Source: Anthoceros angustus
Lineage: Eukaryota; Plantae; Anthocerotophyta
NCBI GenBank assembly: GCA_010909165.1
Contig: MU008186.1
Location: 434,001-498,000, forward strand
Direction: 5' to 3'
Length of the DNA: 64,000 bases
The notes under the pieces are model-generated. The model had not been told where the DNA came from. It did no database searches and saw nothing but the letters and a program-made list of their open reading frames with translations. Every line of letters starts with the position of its first letter. The first letter of the stretch is position 1. Both the position numbers and the translations under genes were made by a program. Shown here piece after piece: positions 24,953 to 38,290 of the stretch.

Positions 24953-27799
24953 CTATAATTTGCCATAATCGTTCAGGCATGAAAGAATGATGAATAAAGC
25001 CCACAGGGAGAAGAAGTAGAAGGACGATGCCCAAGCCCATCCTCGGGGTCCACCGAGTTCCCCTCCGAGGCATATTCTCCGGACGTTGAGAACTACCAGG
25101 CACAGGGTGAAGCATACGAAGTAGACGACCACCGAAAAGCTAACTCCATTTGACGGCGTCCGGAAGTTTTTGTGGTGAGCAATCTGACTGTGGAACACCT
25201 GAATCAACCAAGGTATCCCCATACCCAGATAGATGTTGATAGAGTTGCTGCAACGGGCGGGTCACTGGAATCAAGTAGCGAAGGTGGAGCTTACACCTGG
25301 CGAGAGTAAGGGACAAGTATAGATAAGCCTCAGATGCACACCTGGCATTGATATTGGCGACCGCAGAATCGGCTGTGGCTGAGTCTTCAACAGCAATTTT
25401 GCAGGCTACAAGGTCAGGCCAGCTCGTTCCTGCTGCAAGGACAGTGATGGCAAGGACAAACGAGCTGATACCTGGAGCGACATCAGGATCATCATCAGGA
25501 TGAACACTCACACAGCAGCAAGACAGAAGCACATGACACTAGGGGCAATGTGAGCTTCACCTGTTACACAACCAAGGACATGTACCACTTTGATCACCAC
25601 AACCGAGAGCCCAATGATGCAGAAAATAGCACACACAAACGTGACCCAGCCATGGGCCAAATTCGGTGGTGGATTGCAAGCAAATAGTACTTTCCACGGT
25701 ATGGAGACGTAGTGCATCAACCTATATCGTCGGGACGAGCCCTTGTTGACAGTGCCATTGTCAGCACCGTTCACCTGTGGAAATTGGAAGGGTGAACATC
25801 CAAAAACTATTCATGGGAAGGAGAATACCGGAAGTGACAGCTATGGCCTCGAGAATTCACCTTTACAGCGTCACTAAACTGGTGTCCCCACATCTTCCAA
25901 ATATCCCCCCATGTATGGGACTCGTCCTCCCTACCGTTTGCGGCTGCTTGTATTGCATACGCGGGTGAATTCACCATGCCGTCTACCTGACCGGACTCTC
26001 CTGTCCACACCACAAACATTGGATCAACACACCAAACAGAAGACGTACACGTTTTAAGTTGACTTAAGACAGGCATGCGAGAAATATCTCAAGAACACAT
26101 CGTTAAGCCAGCATGTTACCAATAGCAGTAGCATCAAGTGCAACAAGCATAGGTGACACGAACCAAAACCAGCTGCCAAGAGAACACACACCAAATCTGA
26201 GCGTAGATACACACTGCCAATTTCACGTACCAGTGTATGATAAGCGCTGGAAAGGGGTCTTATGATCAACTCCCATCAAGTCACTTTGGCCAAGCCAGCC
26301 CGGCTTTTTCTGCTCCAGCCTATAAGTTCCAGTGAAAGTTCTGGTCAGGGAGATGAGCGAGCAACTGGTGAGGACTGCTGGAATGAGAACCAGCACAAGA
26401 AAGATGGACTTACTCGGTTGCTGGCTGAAATGGTGAGGCTCCTGGGCTCCTGGTCTCGTGTCCAGACTCAAGTCTTGAAAGCTCAGACGACATTTGTGTG
26501 GATGATCCATTCAATTGGTCTGACTTAAAAGGCATCGCAATATAAGGCCAACCCTTGTTTTGCGCATATGCATGTAGCATCAGAACTGGAAATTGCAACA
26601 CGGTGAAGATTGCCTCCCACACAGTGACAGACCCTTTGGATGAGAACTGAACAATGAGGACATCGTGAATAAGTCCACCGCACAGTAAGAAAAGACACAT
26701 AATCTTGAGGAACATATTCCAAAGAAGAAAACCTAGATGATTGCAGAGCTGCCAAACTACGATACCTGGAGAATAATCAGAAGCCAAATGTAAGCCCAAA
26801 TGGACCAGAGTAGCTCCACCAGGTGCACACCAAAGTCAGCAATCTTCTTCACGGTACCATTCTTAGGCACAAGTACAATGACAGCATAAATTGGGAAAAC
26901 ATTGAATGCTGCCGACCCTACGATTGTCCCAGGTCCTACGCCTGCAGCAGCAGATTTACAGTTAGGTGATGTCATCCTAGCATGAGCAAAGTCACATATA
27001 GACAAGAACACGCATGGCAGACATGCCACAACGACAGACAACACAGCAAGTCCTTCTACTTTTCATTGGCACCTCATGGAGTCAGACCTTACCCCCACCG
27101 TCAGTCTTTCCAAGCTGTTGAAAGGCATCAATAATTGAGATTGCAATTGGAGGAGCGCTAGTCCCGAGAGCTAGGAGAGTGATATCTGCAATTGCAGGGT
27201 TCCAAATCTTTTCTCGGATGATCTGTGTAACATTCGTCACAGGATCTGTTCGCCTCACTAGCCGAGTTTGTCTCACAATGGTCTCGAGGGCTCTCATGAA
27301 GACTGTGGTTATCACAGCCATTCCCACAAAGCAATAAAGAAGAATGAGAGAATACAGAAACGCTCGACCTTGATAACCCCATGTTTTCTCTGCCGAAAAC
27401 AAGACGAAGCGAGAGCAGTTGCCCTTCGAGCCAAAGATCGTTGCGTTGTCGTGTTCCGTCACCAGCTCAAGATAACTATGATTCATAATATCGGCATAAT
27501 GGCTCGTTCCACTCCAAGACAGAAGTCCCCGTGAAATGCCTGAGCTGGACTCTGGGTGACCAAAACCTGAAAGGCAGGATTTTATGAACATAGATCGCTA
27601 AAGAGAAAGCTCCTGGTCCAAACGGCATCATCCACTACGTGCATCCATGCTTAAAAGGCTCAACGTTTCTTCTAAACGGTTGAATGGAAGAGCATGAAAC
27701 ACGTGTACGGACCATCCTATGACCAAAGTAGGGATTCTGCAGGACCAGAACAAGCCCATTCAAATCTAAAAAATGAAGACCATAGTCCTTACCTTCCAT
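24953..27799 (-). CDS. MHX: Mg2+/H+ exchanger (CaCA superfamily, NCX/MHX group), multi-exon; start uncertain (27799 via a 7-nt coding micro-exon, or 27486)
   Basis: Alpha-1 repeat [13 protein letters not shown]...[11 protein letters not shown]; alpha-2 repeat [16 protein letters not shown]...[23 protein letters not shown]; C-terminal [12 protein letters not shown]. Confidence 0.92.
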
Positions 27800-27828
27800 T
27801 CCAGTGCCCTCAAGCTCTCAACAGCCAT
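27483..27828 (-). promoter_or_regulatory. Putative spliced, out-of-frame 39-codon uORF overlapping the MHX start region
   Basis: ATG at 27828, 12 codons to donor 27792, acceptor 27567, stop TGA at 27485-27483 overlapping the in-frame MHX ATG at 27486 (ATGA). Confidence 0.45.
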
Positions 27829-28524
27829 AAAGCCTTCTCCCTAAAATATCCCTCGTCTCATTTCGCCGGGCGCTTCCAAGCTTCCGAGTTTCTGGCAATT
27901 GGAGTGGAAAATATGCAGAAACTGGCCGGCCAGCTCCGCAACTGACTTTCTTAAGATCGTGAGCTGCAATGCGGACCTGCCAACACGAAAGAGAGCCCCA
28001 GCTGAGATCTCCTGCACCGTGCACATAAAACAGCACTCATTCCTCAATTCGACGCCAATTCTGCACGTACTGCAATTCAGCGCTGGTAGGCGAGGGCAGG
28101 ACACTAATAGTGCACGGATCTGTTGCAAAGCGCAGAGCTCCCAGCAGATTCACCTACAGCTCTCCGAGCACCGATTCCAGACAAGACGGAATGTGAGACA
28201 GATCTAAGTCCCAAGCTTGCATTGGGTAAACGCGTCGCCTGTGACTTTCGCGTGAAGAATGTATTCCGGCGTCGTAACGAAACGACCGCGAGAAGCGGCG
28301 GAGATGGACAGGAAAGAGCACTTTCGACCCCAAAATCATTTGCGGGAAGAGTTGGTGGAACACGGCAACAGGTGGTTGGTTCCACGATGTTAGTGTTTCC
28401 CTCTCTCAACTACATAATAGGATAATAGTTCGTCTAAACATTATGGCACACACCATAGACGGGAAAGAATAACGCTGGTGGTGAAATAAGATAGAAAGAT
28501 AAAAAAATTAATTAGTAACTCTTC

Positions 28525-30395
28525 TGTTGAGAAATGCATGTGCTGCATATATAAGGGCTAGAGCAAGAGGTTATTATTGGTTAGTTTATTGTGCACTGCA
28601 AGCCTTGTGTTCAGAAAACTGTGGAGAGCTTAGCTAGTTGAGAAATGCATGTGCTGCATATATAAGGCCTAGAGCAAGAGGTTATTATTGGTTAATTCCC
28701 TTGGCCAAGAACCCTGTATTCCACTCACGCACAAAACATGTGGAGGTGGAGTATCACTACATAAGAGATTTAGTGAAGGCAGGAACGATTGCTTTCGAAT
28801 ATGTGGCAACACAAAACAACCCAGCAGATATGTTGACGAAAGCTCTTCCAAGGGAGCTGCATAACAAACATGTCCAAAGTCTTAGCATGAGGAAGTCAGA
28901 GGACTTCCTCAGCCGCACTAAGAAGCCCTAGCTGGCTAGTGGCTAAAGTGGCCGGAGTAGTCAGACTGTATCCTGTAGAGGAGAGTAGCTCGGAGTCAAT
29001 CTCCTTAAGGTCTGGAGACGAGAGGTCATATAGCTCTCGGAATCAGGCTCAGTTGGTGAAGAAAAGCTTTCGTTCGAGCGAGGAAATTGTTTTTCTTTCT
29101 CTTTTCATAAGACATTCTCTCCTTGGACTCAAGCTCGTCTTTCTCTTCTAGCCTGATGATGGACCCTGTGGACAACCAGTGGGAGCAATTTAGCAAAGAT
29201 AGACAAGGGCATATGCACAGACACTTACTATAGAAGCTCACGACGTGCCCCTTATACGTCCTGCAGCAGTGAACTACGTGGCGCTTCATCAGAAGCCTGT
29301 TGGTGTCATGGCACCTGTACCAGACAGGCGTGCCTGGGTACCTCACCGTTCCACAGCTCACAATCTGTGTTTCTTCATACTCGTTTGCAGGCTCTGGGAA
29401 CTTGAAAGGGATTGGAGGCGAGGACTCTTCGTCAGAATAGGCAAAATCATGAGTAACGAACCTTTTGCTAGCAGCAGCAGCAGCTTTGGCTGCGTCCTTA
29501 TCTTGCTCGGCAACAAGTGCCTGTCTTGAAGGACCGTCCATGTTGGCAGTTTGTGCCTCCTTTCTCGCCCTAAGGACGGCGTTGGTCGTTCCCCTAGGGC
29601 ATCCGCGTGTCCTAGGAGCCTGCGAGCTTTCAGCAGCAGCCGCAGCAGCAGCCGCAGCAGCAGCCAACACAGGACGTGAGGCAGTTGTCCTAGTCTAGGA
29701 CACTGCTCTTCTCGCAAAACGACCGAGGTGGTCCCTGTGGTGCTGGCGCTTGGGCAGCTGGCTCTCTGAAGAAGACGACATAGTGAAGGTGAGCTTACGC
29801 TCAAAGACCTCCCTCAGTATAAGAGACAGCAGAAAGACTAAGGTCAGGAGCATAGCACACCTGACCGATAATGGTCTCCTGCTAGCCTGGCTTGTTAAAT
29901 AGTGGTAGGTATCGCCATGGGGCGTGGGCGGTAGCGAGCGCACTTACGATTAGAATCGATAAGCATTGCGGTGAAGAAAGTTAGAATCAGTAAGCATTGC
30001 AGCTGGACGAAGAAAGGACTGAAGCACACTCTCACCAATGATCAACAAGTGGGAGTGTTGAAGTGAATGAGTGCTAATCATTTACGGTATATTGGATAAT
30101 ATCTACTTAGGATAGAATACCAATAGTCATACCTTTTCATTAGGGTTGTGTCCCTAGGTTGAATAGACGTATCTTTCGGTTTTAAGTTAAGTTTGTCTTT
30201 TCATGTTTAATTAATTAACTCTTTCTTTCTTGATTGATACAATGTAATTATTCATTTATATATTTAATTGATCTATATAGTCCTATTTAAATTGTTACTT
30301 CACGTATGTGGTAGAGTATACGATGACATCGGATTCCAGATTGATATGCAAATAGAACCCTCTTCAGCAAGCACCTTCATTCTGATTTTTTAACA
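28525..30395 (+). mobile_element. Ty1/Copia remnant: LTR-like start with a 58-bp direct repeat, RNase H C-terminus, long 3' region, PPT and probable 3' LTR (30056 to ~30395)
   Basis: LAKNPVFHSRTKHVEVEYHYIRD...NPADMLTKAL is the Copia RNase H motif (28700-28931). AAGTGGGAG at 30047-30055 is followed by TGTTG. The repeat copies are at 28526-28583 and 28637-28694. Confidence 0.8.
29026..29781 (-). pseudogene. Antisense extra ORF inside the Copia 3' region (one premature stop), with poly-Ala and a degenerate AT-hook-like motif
   Basis: ORFs 29695..29943 and 29026..29670 are in the same frame and separated by a single TAG. Motifs: RDHLGRF, a long Ala run, RTRGCPRG. Confidence 0.5.
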
Positions 30396-32567
30396 GTCGC
30401 CCACATGGTTGTCACCAGCGACCGAATGCCGCAAGCCCTTGTCACAAGGTCCTGTTTCCTTTTGCATTCCACTACATTAGTCCAGGGTGGGGCAGCGCGA
30501 AGTCCTTCAAAGCAAATGACCGCCCTCTATGGGAACACAAAGGCCTTGTAATTCATGCACAATATTTCAATACCATACAAGTTAACCAAATCATGAGCTG
30601 TTGCTTTAAAACATTTTTATACATATGGAGTAAGTGGGATTAGTTCCCTTCATCATCAAAACCAGGGCCCCGAACCTAAAAGTATTGTTATGCTCCACAT
30701 TTTGGCGGGTACCTGAACATGCCCATATATTCTTCAAGAACGAAGCTGCACATAGTACAGTACGAGTGAATGAAAGTAGCTTCATAGGTTTTTTCGAAAA
30801 TGGGTGCAATCGTGGCATGAGAGAAGAATTTTAAAATACGCATCCATAAAAAGGACGCTGGCCGGCCGGCGCCCATCTGCTAAGGTATGGTTCAATAGAA
30901 GGACTAAGTGGGCATGATGTATGGTTCGATTCACATGTCCTTATTTTGGCCAACATAGTTAAGAATTTGTAGTTTTAAACCTAAATTCATAGCAAATATC
31001 TTTCAATCGTTGATTGAGAGTTTGAAATTACTCGTAATATTCTATTAATGGTCTCAAATTATAAAAGAATCAAAATGGTGAAGACAGCTACGGCTCAATC
31101 AACTCATTAAAGGCTGCGACCATTGTATTACGGAGGTCATAGCTCCTAGACATGTGTTTCAGTCCTAGACACCATTTTTGCGATCGATCAAGACTATACA
31201 TTGTGATTTGACATGTGAAAGATGTCATATTTTTGCTCATTCAATTTGAAACATACATTCAAATGGTTAAGGGAATGGGTTACTTGTTTGATTAAAAAGG
31301 CAATGATTCAAATCCGTGAAAGCTAAAACCTAGGCAGATGTGACCATCCTCGTAAACCAAAACGGCAAAGAAATGATGTATAGGCTACGACCACAGCTGC
31401 CACACGCTTACGCAAGTGCTTGGTGAGGCAGGAGTTGGGGAGAACGAAGATGCCAAGTCCATGGGTAAGAACAATGGTTTTGATGACCCAGAAGTGGAGC
31501 GCATGTGGAACTTAGAAGTGGTCATACATACAGTGTTGACTCAAGGCCCGGATGAGTCACAGATTGGTCCCCATGAGGTACCATTCCCGGTGTAGCCGCT
31601 TGCATGTGCTCTTTTGAAGTTTACCGTTTTTGTCCCAGTCGTTGTGGATGCCACCATGACGGCGTTCACACACAACCTTCGGTTTTGTTTCTTTCCAAAG
31701 TATATCCATGTTTAGTTTTGATATGAACTTATTGAATGGTGTCCATGAACACAACTCTATCATGTCGATGGAAAGAATGCAGACTTTCTGTTTGTGGACG
31801 GAATAAAGAGGCTAATGTCATTTTGAAGACCTAGGGTTTAAATCCTCTTTTAAGGACTGTGTCAATTTCGTGAAGGGGATCTTTCATAATTATGGTGTTG
31901 GTGGAACAAATGCGTAATTTAGCAATGGTGTTGGATTTAGTATCCGCTCAGGCACCGGATGAGTTACAACATAGCCCGCATCATATTCCTCCATTCTAAA
32001 GTAGACAGACTCAAAACATTGGATTGACGGTGAAAGGTCCATTTTTTTTGTGGTATAGAAAGTCCACCAGTAGTTCCCCACAATGTAGTACAAGGCTTGA
32101 GTGTTGTGATAGACCTATCAGGGCGCCGGCTGGCTAGCACCCCGATGGGTCATTATAGTGGAGGCAACTGGTATTGGTGTGTAAGTATATGTACCCCAGG
32201 AATGGGGGTGATGTTTTGAACCTGACGTAAAAAGGCTATTTTCGGACTGGGCAATGTTTGGTCAAGAGTCCGACCCCAAAAGAAGAGGGTTTGTATATTC
32301 CCCCTTGCAAAATTATCGTGTTATTGTCATTTGCTTGTACACTTGACCGGTTAACTTGATTTTTTGACATCCCGTTCCGCTCTTCATGGTACAAAATAAA
32401 CTATTTACATCATGAGGTTACGGTGCTTCACGATGGTAAACTCTTCATAATATCCCCATTTAGAGGGGCATTGCCGCAAGCTTGTCACTCCACGCCCGTT
32501 CACGCCTGTCATCTGCACAAGTTGCCTTTGCACAAGGTCTTCACAAGGCAATTGAGCTCGCCACACC

Positions 32568-33955
32568 ATGGAGGGGCATGAGAGTGAGATGGCTTCACAA
32601 GTACCTACAGTGATGGCCTTGGATAACCGTGAGGATACAAATGCAGCAATGCTGCAGGTACCTCCAATGATAGCTAGGGACAACAATGAGGACACAAATC
32701 TAGCAATGTCAGATGACGGACGTCGGGAGAAAATTTTACTTGCTTTGGGTGTGTTGTGTGCTCTTGAAATTTGTTCATCGTCTCTCCGGACATTCATAAA
32801 TGCCGCAGCAATGGCTTTGCCTCACGAAGTGTTTAAGTCCAGGGGGAGAAAAAAGAAATGACGATCAACATGGTGTGTGAAACGAAACCAAGGGTTTATG
32901 GATCAATCACTTCTCGGGTATTACACAGATGAGATGTTCAGGGAGCGTTGTCGAGTAAATTCCAGTTCTGTGCGCTGAAATTGGCCCTTTGGTGTTCAGG
33001 CAAGACACTACATTTCGGAGAGCCATTCTTGTGGATGCAAGAGTTGCGATGGCCCTCAGGAGGTTGGGCATCGGAGACACTCTTCAAACTCTTAGCAACT
33101 GCTATGGATACAGCACAACTGCAGTTTGTAATGCTGCTTTGGAATTCTGCAGAGCCCTAGTTTCCAAATTGCACAATACCTACATCATGTGGCATGGAAA
33201 GAGCAAAATGGCTGCAAGCATATGCACTAGAGTTCCTTGAATTGCAAGGTATCCCGTGGTTGGAGCCGTCAATGGGAGTCACATCCCCATTATTGCTCCT
33301 CGCAGAAAGAAGGGGGATTACTAGAACAGAAAATGGTTCTACTCTCAACTTCTTTAGTTAACCGTGGCTGCAAATTGTCTCGAGTGGGATTACGACTATG
33401 GATGGGCAGGCAGTTTCAATGATTGGAACCTGTTCACTAGATCTGAGCTTGGACAAAAAATGTGATGTAGGCAAGCTGGGACATTATTGTTTAGTCAGAG
33501 ACGTAGGCTACTGGCCTAGGCTCTACATGTTGACTCCTTATAGAGGGTCTAAGGACGGACGAACACTAGAGCAGGAACAGTGGAACTTTGTTCAAAGTTC
33601 CACCAGGATGGCTGCAGAAAGAGCATTTGGAATCTTGAAAGTGAGGTGGAGGTGTCTGCTTAAAAGATTGGACATGGAGCTGCAGAACATCCCTGTTGTC
33701 GTTCGGGCATGTTTAATTCTACACAACATGTGCGTCATCCATAAGGATGCATTCGATCAAGCTTGGCTAGAAGAGGCAGCATATTCATGTGTTCATGACA
33801 TGGATGATGACGAGGAGGCCACAAAAGCAGCTCGAGAAACTCTATATGAATTGAATATGGTGCGTCATGGTAGGGAGAATGTTCATAGGGTTCAATCTGC
33901 ACACGGAGAGGAACATGAAGAGAAGTTGAGATGCCTGGATATGAAGCAGGAGTGA
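32568..33955 (+). mobile_element. PIF/Harbinger DDE transposase (HARBI1-like), degraded by frameshifts and stops
   Basis: VAMALRRLGIGD..(HTH), VGAVNGSHIPI (first D mutated), LVRDVGY..MLTPY, WNFVQSSTRMAAERAFGILKVRWRCL, ACLILHNMC. Confidence 0.9.
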
Positions 33956-34147
33956 AGCGATTTCAGAACATAGCTAGAGCTCTGTATGAAACCAGACCCA
34001 GAAGAATATTAGGCTAGTTTTTTTGGAAGACATAGATTTAGAGTCTTGTGATGAAGAATTGTGATTAGCACTCAATCCGCTTGTGTACCTCAAGAGAGCC
34101 TGTTCTATATGAGGCTGATTTTTAAATCTTGTAAGGCAGAAGTAAAA

Positions 34148-34788
34148 CTAAGGCTGATTTTTCAATCCTGTGGACAGAGTGGCCACTAAACTCTCTAACA
34201 ATGCCACTTTCTTTTCCTCCAGGGCTTCCAATTTCTGGGACATGGAACTCAAGAGACTGATAGCATCAAATGCATTATCTTGACCAATCCTCCTCTTTTT
34301 GACCATGTCTTCATTGTTGACTCCGCTCATTGAAGAACTGTCCACACTCGACCTCTTGTGTGAAGAGGCATGAGCCTCACACACAACGTGAGCACGGTTA
34401 TGCATGTAGAGGTCAACAATGTCAAACCATGCACATTTTTCAGACCTGTCGTTGCCTGATATCGCATTGTGAGCCTTGTCCACCTTATAGTCCTTATAAA
34501 TCAATTTCTACTTCTGCCTATAGGCCTCTGAATTCTTGTCGAAATCATGGCAAGTTGTAGCTATTGCTGCAGCCACCTTGCTCCAAATATCAATTCCTGT
34601 AGGGGCCGAAAAGACTATAAGACCAAAAGTTGAATTTTATGGCTGTGTGCGCTTGAGCTGTAGCAAAAGCTAAGATACCTTGTTTTGGTGACTTGTCAAA
34701 TTCGGCCTACATCCCACCTTGTACATGGATGAGATTGATCACATGGTGCTCTTTCCATGCATCTGCCCTCTTACCACTTGTCGAAGGT
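34148..34788 (-). mobile_element. PIF/Harbinger ORF2 (Myb/SANT-like), C-terminal part
   Basis: ..KRADAWKEHHVINLIH.., ..YKDYKVDKAHNAISGNDR..CAWFDIVDLYM; convergent with the transposase. Confidence 0.75.
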
Positions 34789-35427
34789 TGTGGGCTATGC
34801 ACTTCCCTGGGGAGTTAGGAAATAAGTAGGGTTTCTGTTTTTTTTAGGATTGAAGGATAAATAAGGCGGAAAAGGAGGAATAAATTGGGGTAGGCCCGGA
34901 CGAGGCTCGGAGTATACTCCGGACTGAGTGAACAACGGACCCCGCATCACTATGGCAAGCTCCGACTACCGGAGTAACGGATAAGTCCGAACCCACCCGT
35001 GTCAAAATAGGATAAGTACGCCAGGAAAGTAACCTAGGAGCGAGGCGTGAGGATGACGAGGCGGCGCCACGGACGGCCCCGAGTGGAGGTCGGGCATGCA
35101 GAGGCCAGACAGAATTTTGCCGTAGGCCGCAGGCAGTATTCACGCCCGCTGCCGCGCGGCGTAAGGCCGCAGGAAGCGAGGGTCGAGTAAGCCATGCACT
35201 CGCGCTACGGACAACGAAGAGGCGCCTTCCGCCAGAAGCCATTTCCACAAGCGCGCCAAGGAGGGAGGCTGCCGCGCAGCCTCCGCATACAATCCTCACA
35301 GCCTTGCGCCCGCAATCCGCTCGCGCTCGGGCGCGCCGCCAGAGCGCGCATCAGGTTGGAGCAACGCGCGGCGAAGGAGGAACATCGTGCCACGACTCGC
35401 CAGAAAGAACAAGAGGAGGAGAAAGCA

Positions 35428-38119
35428 ATGGCACCCAAAAGCCGACGGAAGTCTGGGAGCCATGGACCGTGGAGCGCAACATTGTGACCCGCGCTATCCG
35501 GACTTCGGGCCCCGGCCGGAGGAAGCAGGGAATTGGTGGGGGAGTGGCATCCGGACGTGTTCCAAATGGTCGGACCTTTGACAACGCTACTCTAGTCCGG
35601 AGTTTGCCCGGAAGATGCCGGCGATCAACAAGGAGGTCCGATCCAAGAACCTCCGGAGGACTCGAGGCGATGGACCTTGAGGTCCCGAGGATGGCCTACA
35701 ACCGCCCAAGGAGGAAGAAGGGGCGTGGTGCCGAGCCCTTAAGGCGAAGGGAAGATAGGGCCACGCGCGCCGCTGAGGCTCGAACGCAATGGACAACCAA
35801 CGGATGGTTGATATCCGATCCGCCGGATACCGAGTAAGGGCGGTAGCCCGGATCATTGTCCATTGAACTCGCCACCAAGGTGGATCACCTTGGTGATAAC
35901 CGCTATTCTCGCATGCGCCCAATGGGAAGAGAGCGACTGGGAAGGATTATCTTCGCCCGGTTGATCGGGAGCACGCAAGCTAAGGAGCGAGAAGCCTCGC
36001 CATCGGTGACCCCATACCGATTCATGTATGGGGACATTTCGAGCTCAAGGAGGAGAGCTTGAGCGGGCGCCCAAGGGCCGGAGGCCCCGCCAAGTAGAGC
36101 GTGCAAGGGCGCCTGAGGTGGGGGTCGCCCTTCAAGACCAAGCGAGGAGGAGGACGAGGATTCCTGACTCCATACGTCGAGCGAACCCCTCACCACCCAG
36201 TGGAAGTTTGGGAGGCGATTCCCTTCCTCCTTTTGGTGCCCTCCGAGCAAGCCGTGAGGGAGCCGATGCCGGAGGGCGTTGGCGGCCCGCACGGCCAATG
36301 CCAACAACCACGACGGCCGCCGAGCCCCGACGAACCCGGGCGGAGCAAGAGGCGGAAGACGGTGCCGCTTACCAACGCAGACCAAGGTGCCAGACTTACC
36401 CCGCCCACGAGTGGCAAGAGGTCAAGAGGCGAAGGAGGGCGAAGGGACGTGGCCCAAGGAGCAGGAGGTCACCGTGCCCCCACCCCGAGCCCCTGCCCCG
36501 ACAGTGAAGGGGCAAAAGAGCTTGCTCCCGACCCCTCACCTCCTCCGAGCCCTGTGAGAAAGAGGGCACAAAGGAGTTAGAGGCCAAGAGGCCAAGAGGG
36601 TGAGACTGACCACCACTGTGACCCGAGGGTCCCGATTAGGTCCGAGAACCCACCGACTTACTCCGGATCAAGGGTATGGAGGTCCTTGGCGGATCGAGAA
36701 ATGCCGGCCCCACTACGGACTTTGTGGGGCCTCACTGTGGCCGTGGAAGAAACACGGCGAGTCCTGCCACATGGACGGAATGCTTTGGGGTCTCGTGGTA
36801 CAATGAGAAGACCTGTGAAGTGGAGGCCACCCGAGGAGGATGGTGGAACCCAAGAGCAAGTGAAGGCGCCGAGGCAAAGGAAAAGGCGGAGTCCCTCGCC
36901 GGATCGAGGAAGGGAACGCCGGGTGGCGGAGCGAGGCCCGGTTCAACAGATCAAGGTTCTTCACCGTCACATAAGCAAGCTCAGAGGCCCAAGCGCGGAG
37001 GACCTTGCAGCGAAGAGGGAAGCGCAGCAGAGGCGGAAGAGGCCCGGCACAAGCAGAGAGCTCGGACCGCGGAGGCGGCCCGGCCAGAGCCAATGGGCGA
37101 GGCCTGTAAAGGCGGCGAAGGAGCTCAAGCCGCAAAGAGCGACCGGATCACTACAGACGTGATCGGAACCGTGGAGAGAGTCACAGTACCGAGGCTAACT
37201 CAAGGCCGCAAAGGCCATGGAGCAGTAAGGGCCAAGACGGGAGATAGAGGATCTCCGAGTGCACAGGAGGTAGAAGGAGGCGCAGCAGATGGAGGATGAA
37301 GAAGGACACACTGGAGCTACAACCCAAGATGCGCTTGAGCAGCAGTGATTCTCAACGAGAGAATCCACGACTCGAGCACGAAACAGAGCCCCTCCGTCTC
37401 AAGACGGAGGAAAATCGGCGACTATCCAAGGAGTTGGACGCTGCTGCCGAGGAGGAGGAAGTCCGAGCCTGGACGGAGGTATCCGACCGCCTGAGAGGGA
37501 GTCATGAGCTAAAGGCCGTAATGAACGGGAGCGCGAGCACGAAGTGTAAAAGAAGCCGCCGTCCAAAGAAGGCGGAAGGGAACGCCGCGCTATGGCGGGT
37601 AAGCCGGGCAATGGAAAGGAAACGAGGGAGCCGAGCAGTGAGCAACAGGCATGCAGGAGGTGACCGAGGCCGCCTTGTAGCCTCGCGTGATACCCTGCCC
37701 ACCACAACTGGGAGAGGTGGCCCAACAAGCCGGCAAAAGACGCCTTTTAACACTTATGGCGGAGGGAGTATCGGCCCGCACACGTGGAAGAGGCAATTCA
37801 ACAAGTCGATTCGGACTTTGCCTATTACCACGCCGAGCTCTCAAGGCAGAAGCCTCCACGCCGCACGGGGACGGACTGGAAGGCTCAAGGAGATGAAGGC
37901 CACGGGGACAAAGACAGGACCCTAGTGGCCCTGCTTGGAGATGACGGAGCGGCGGAGAGGAGCAACCGAGGAGCAACGAGGAGCGATGCGATCGAGGTAA
38001 GCACCCCGCACCTCACCATGGAAGGAGGGCCAACGAAGGAGTCACGGGCGATCGAACAGCCGGAGGACTTCGAGGGAGAGCCACGGAGGAGTCCCGTGAG
38101 GGAGGAAACCTGGGCGTGA
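35428..38119 (+). other. Long, frameshift-broken coding frame inside the 5' LTR (second copy in the 3' LTR)
   Basis: Protein-like fragments run continuously from MAPK.. through NGWLISD, WITLVIT, DWGRIIFARL, TPY..MY and a charged, coiled-coil-like C-terminus to ..VREETWA*. Confidence 0.6.
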
Positions 38120-38290
38120 GTCCGGACTTTGTCCGGACCCCAGAGGAGGGACCAAGTCCGACCAAGTCCGGACCTCAAGTCCGGACTGAATAAGTCCGAC
38201 TCAAGTCCGGACTGAATAAGTCCGACCCCGAGGTCCGGACCAAGTCCGACCAAGTCCGGACCAAGTCCGGACTGAATAAGCCGACTTTCG
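38119..38290. repeat. Array of short AAGTCCG(G)AC(TGAAT) motifs in the LTR (second copy ~50385-50470)
   Basis: Read directly; copy number differs between the two LTRs. Confidence 0.85.
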
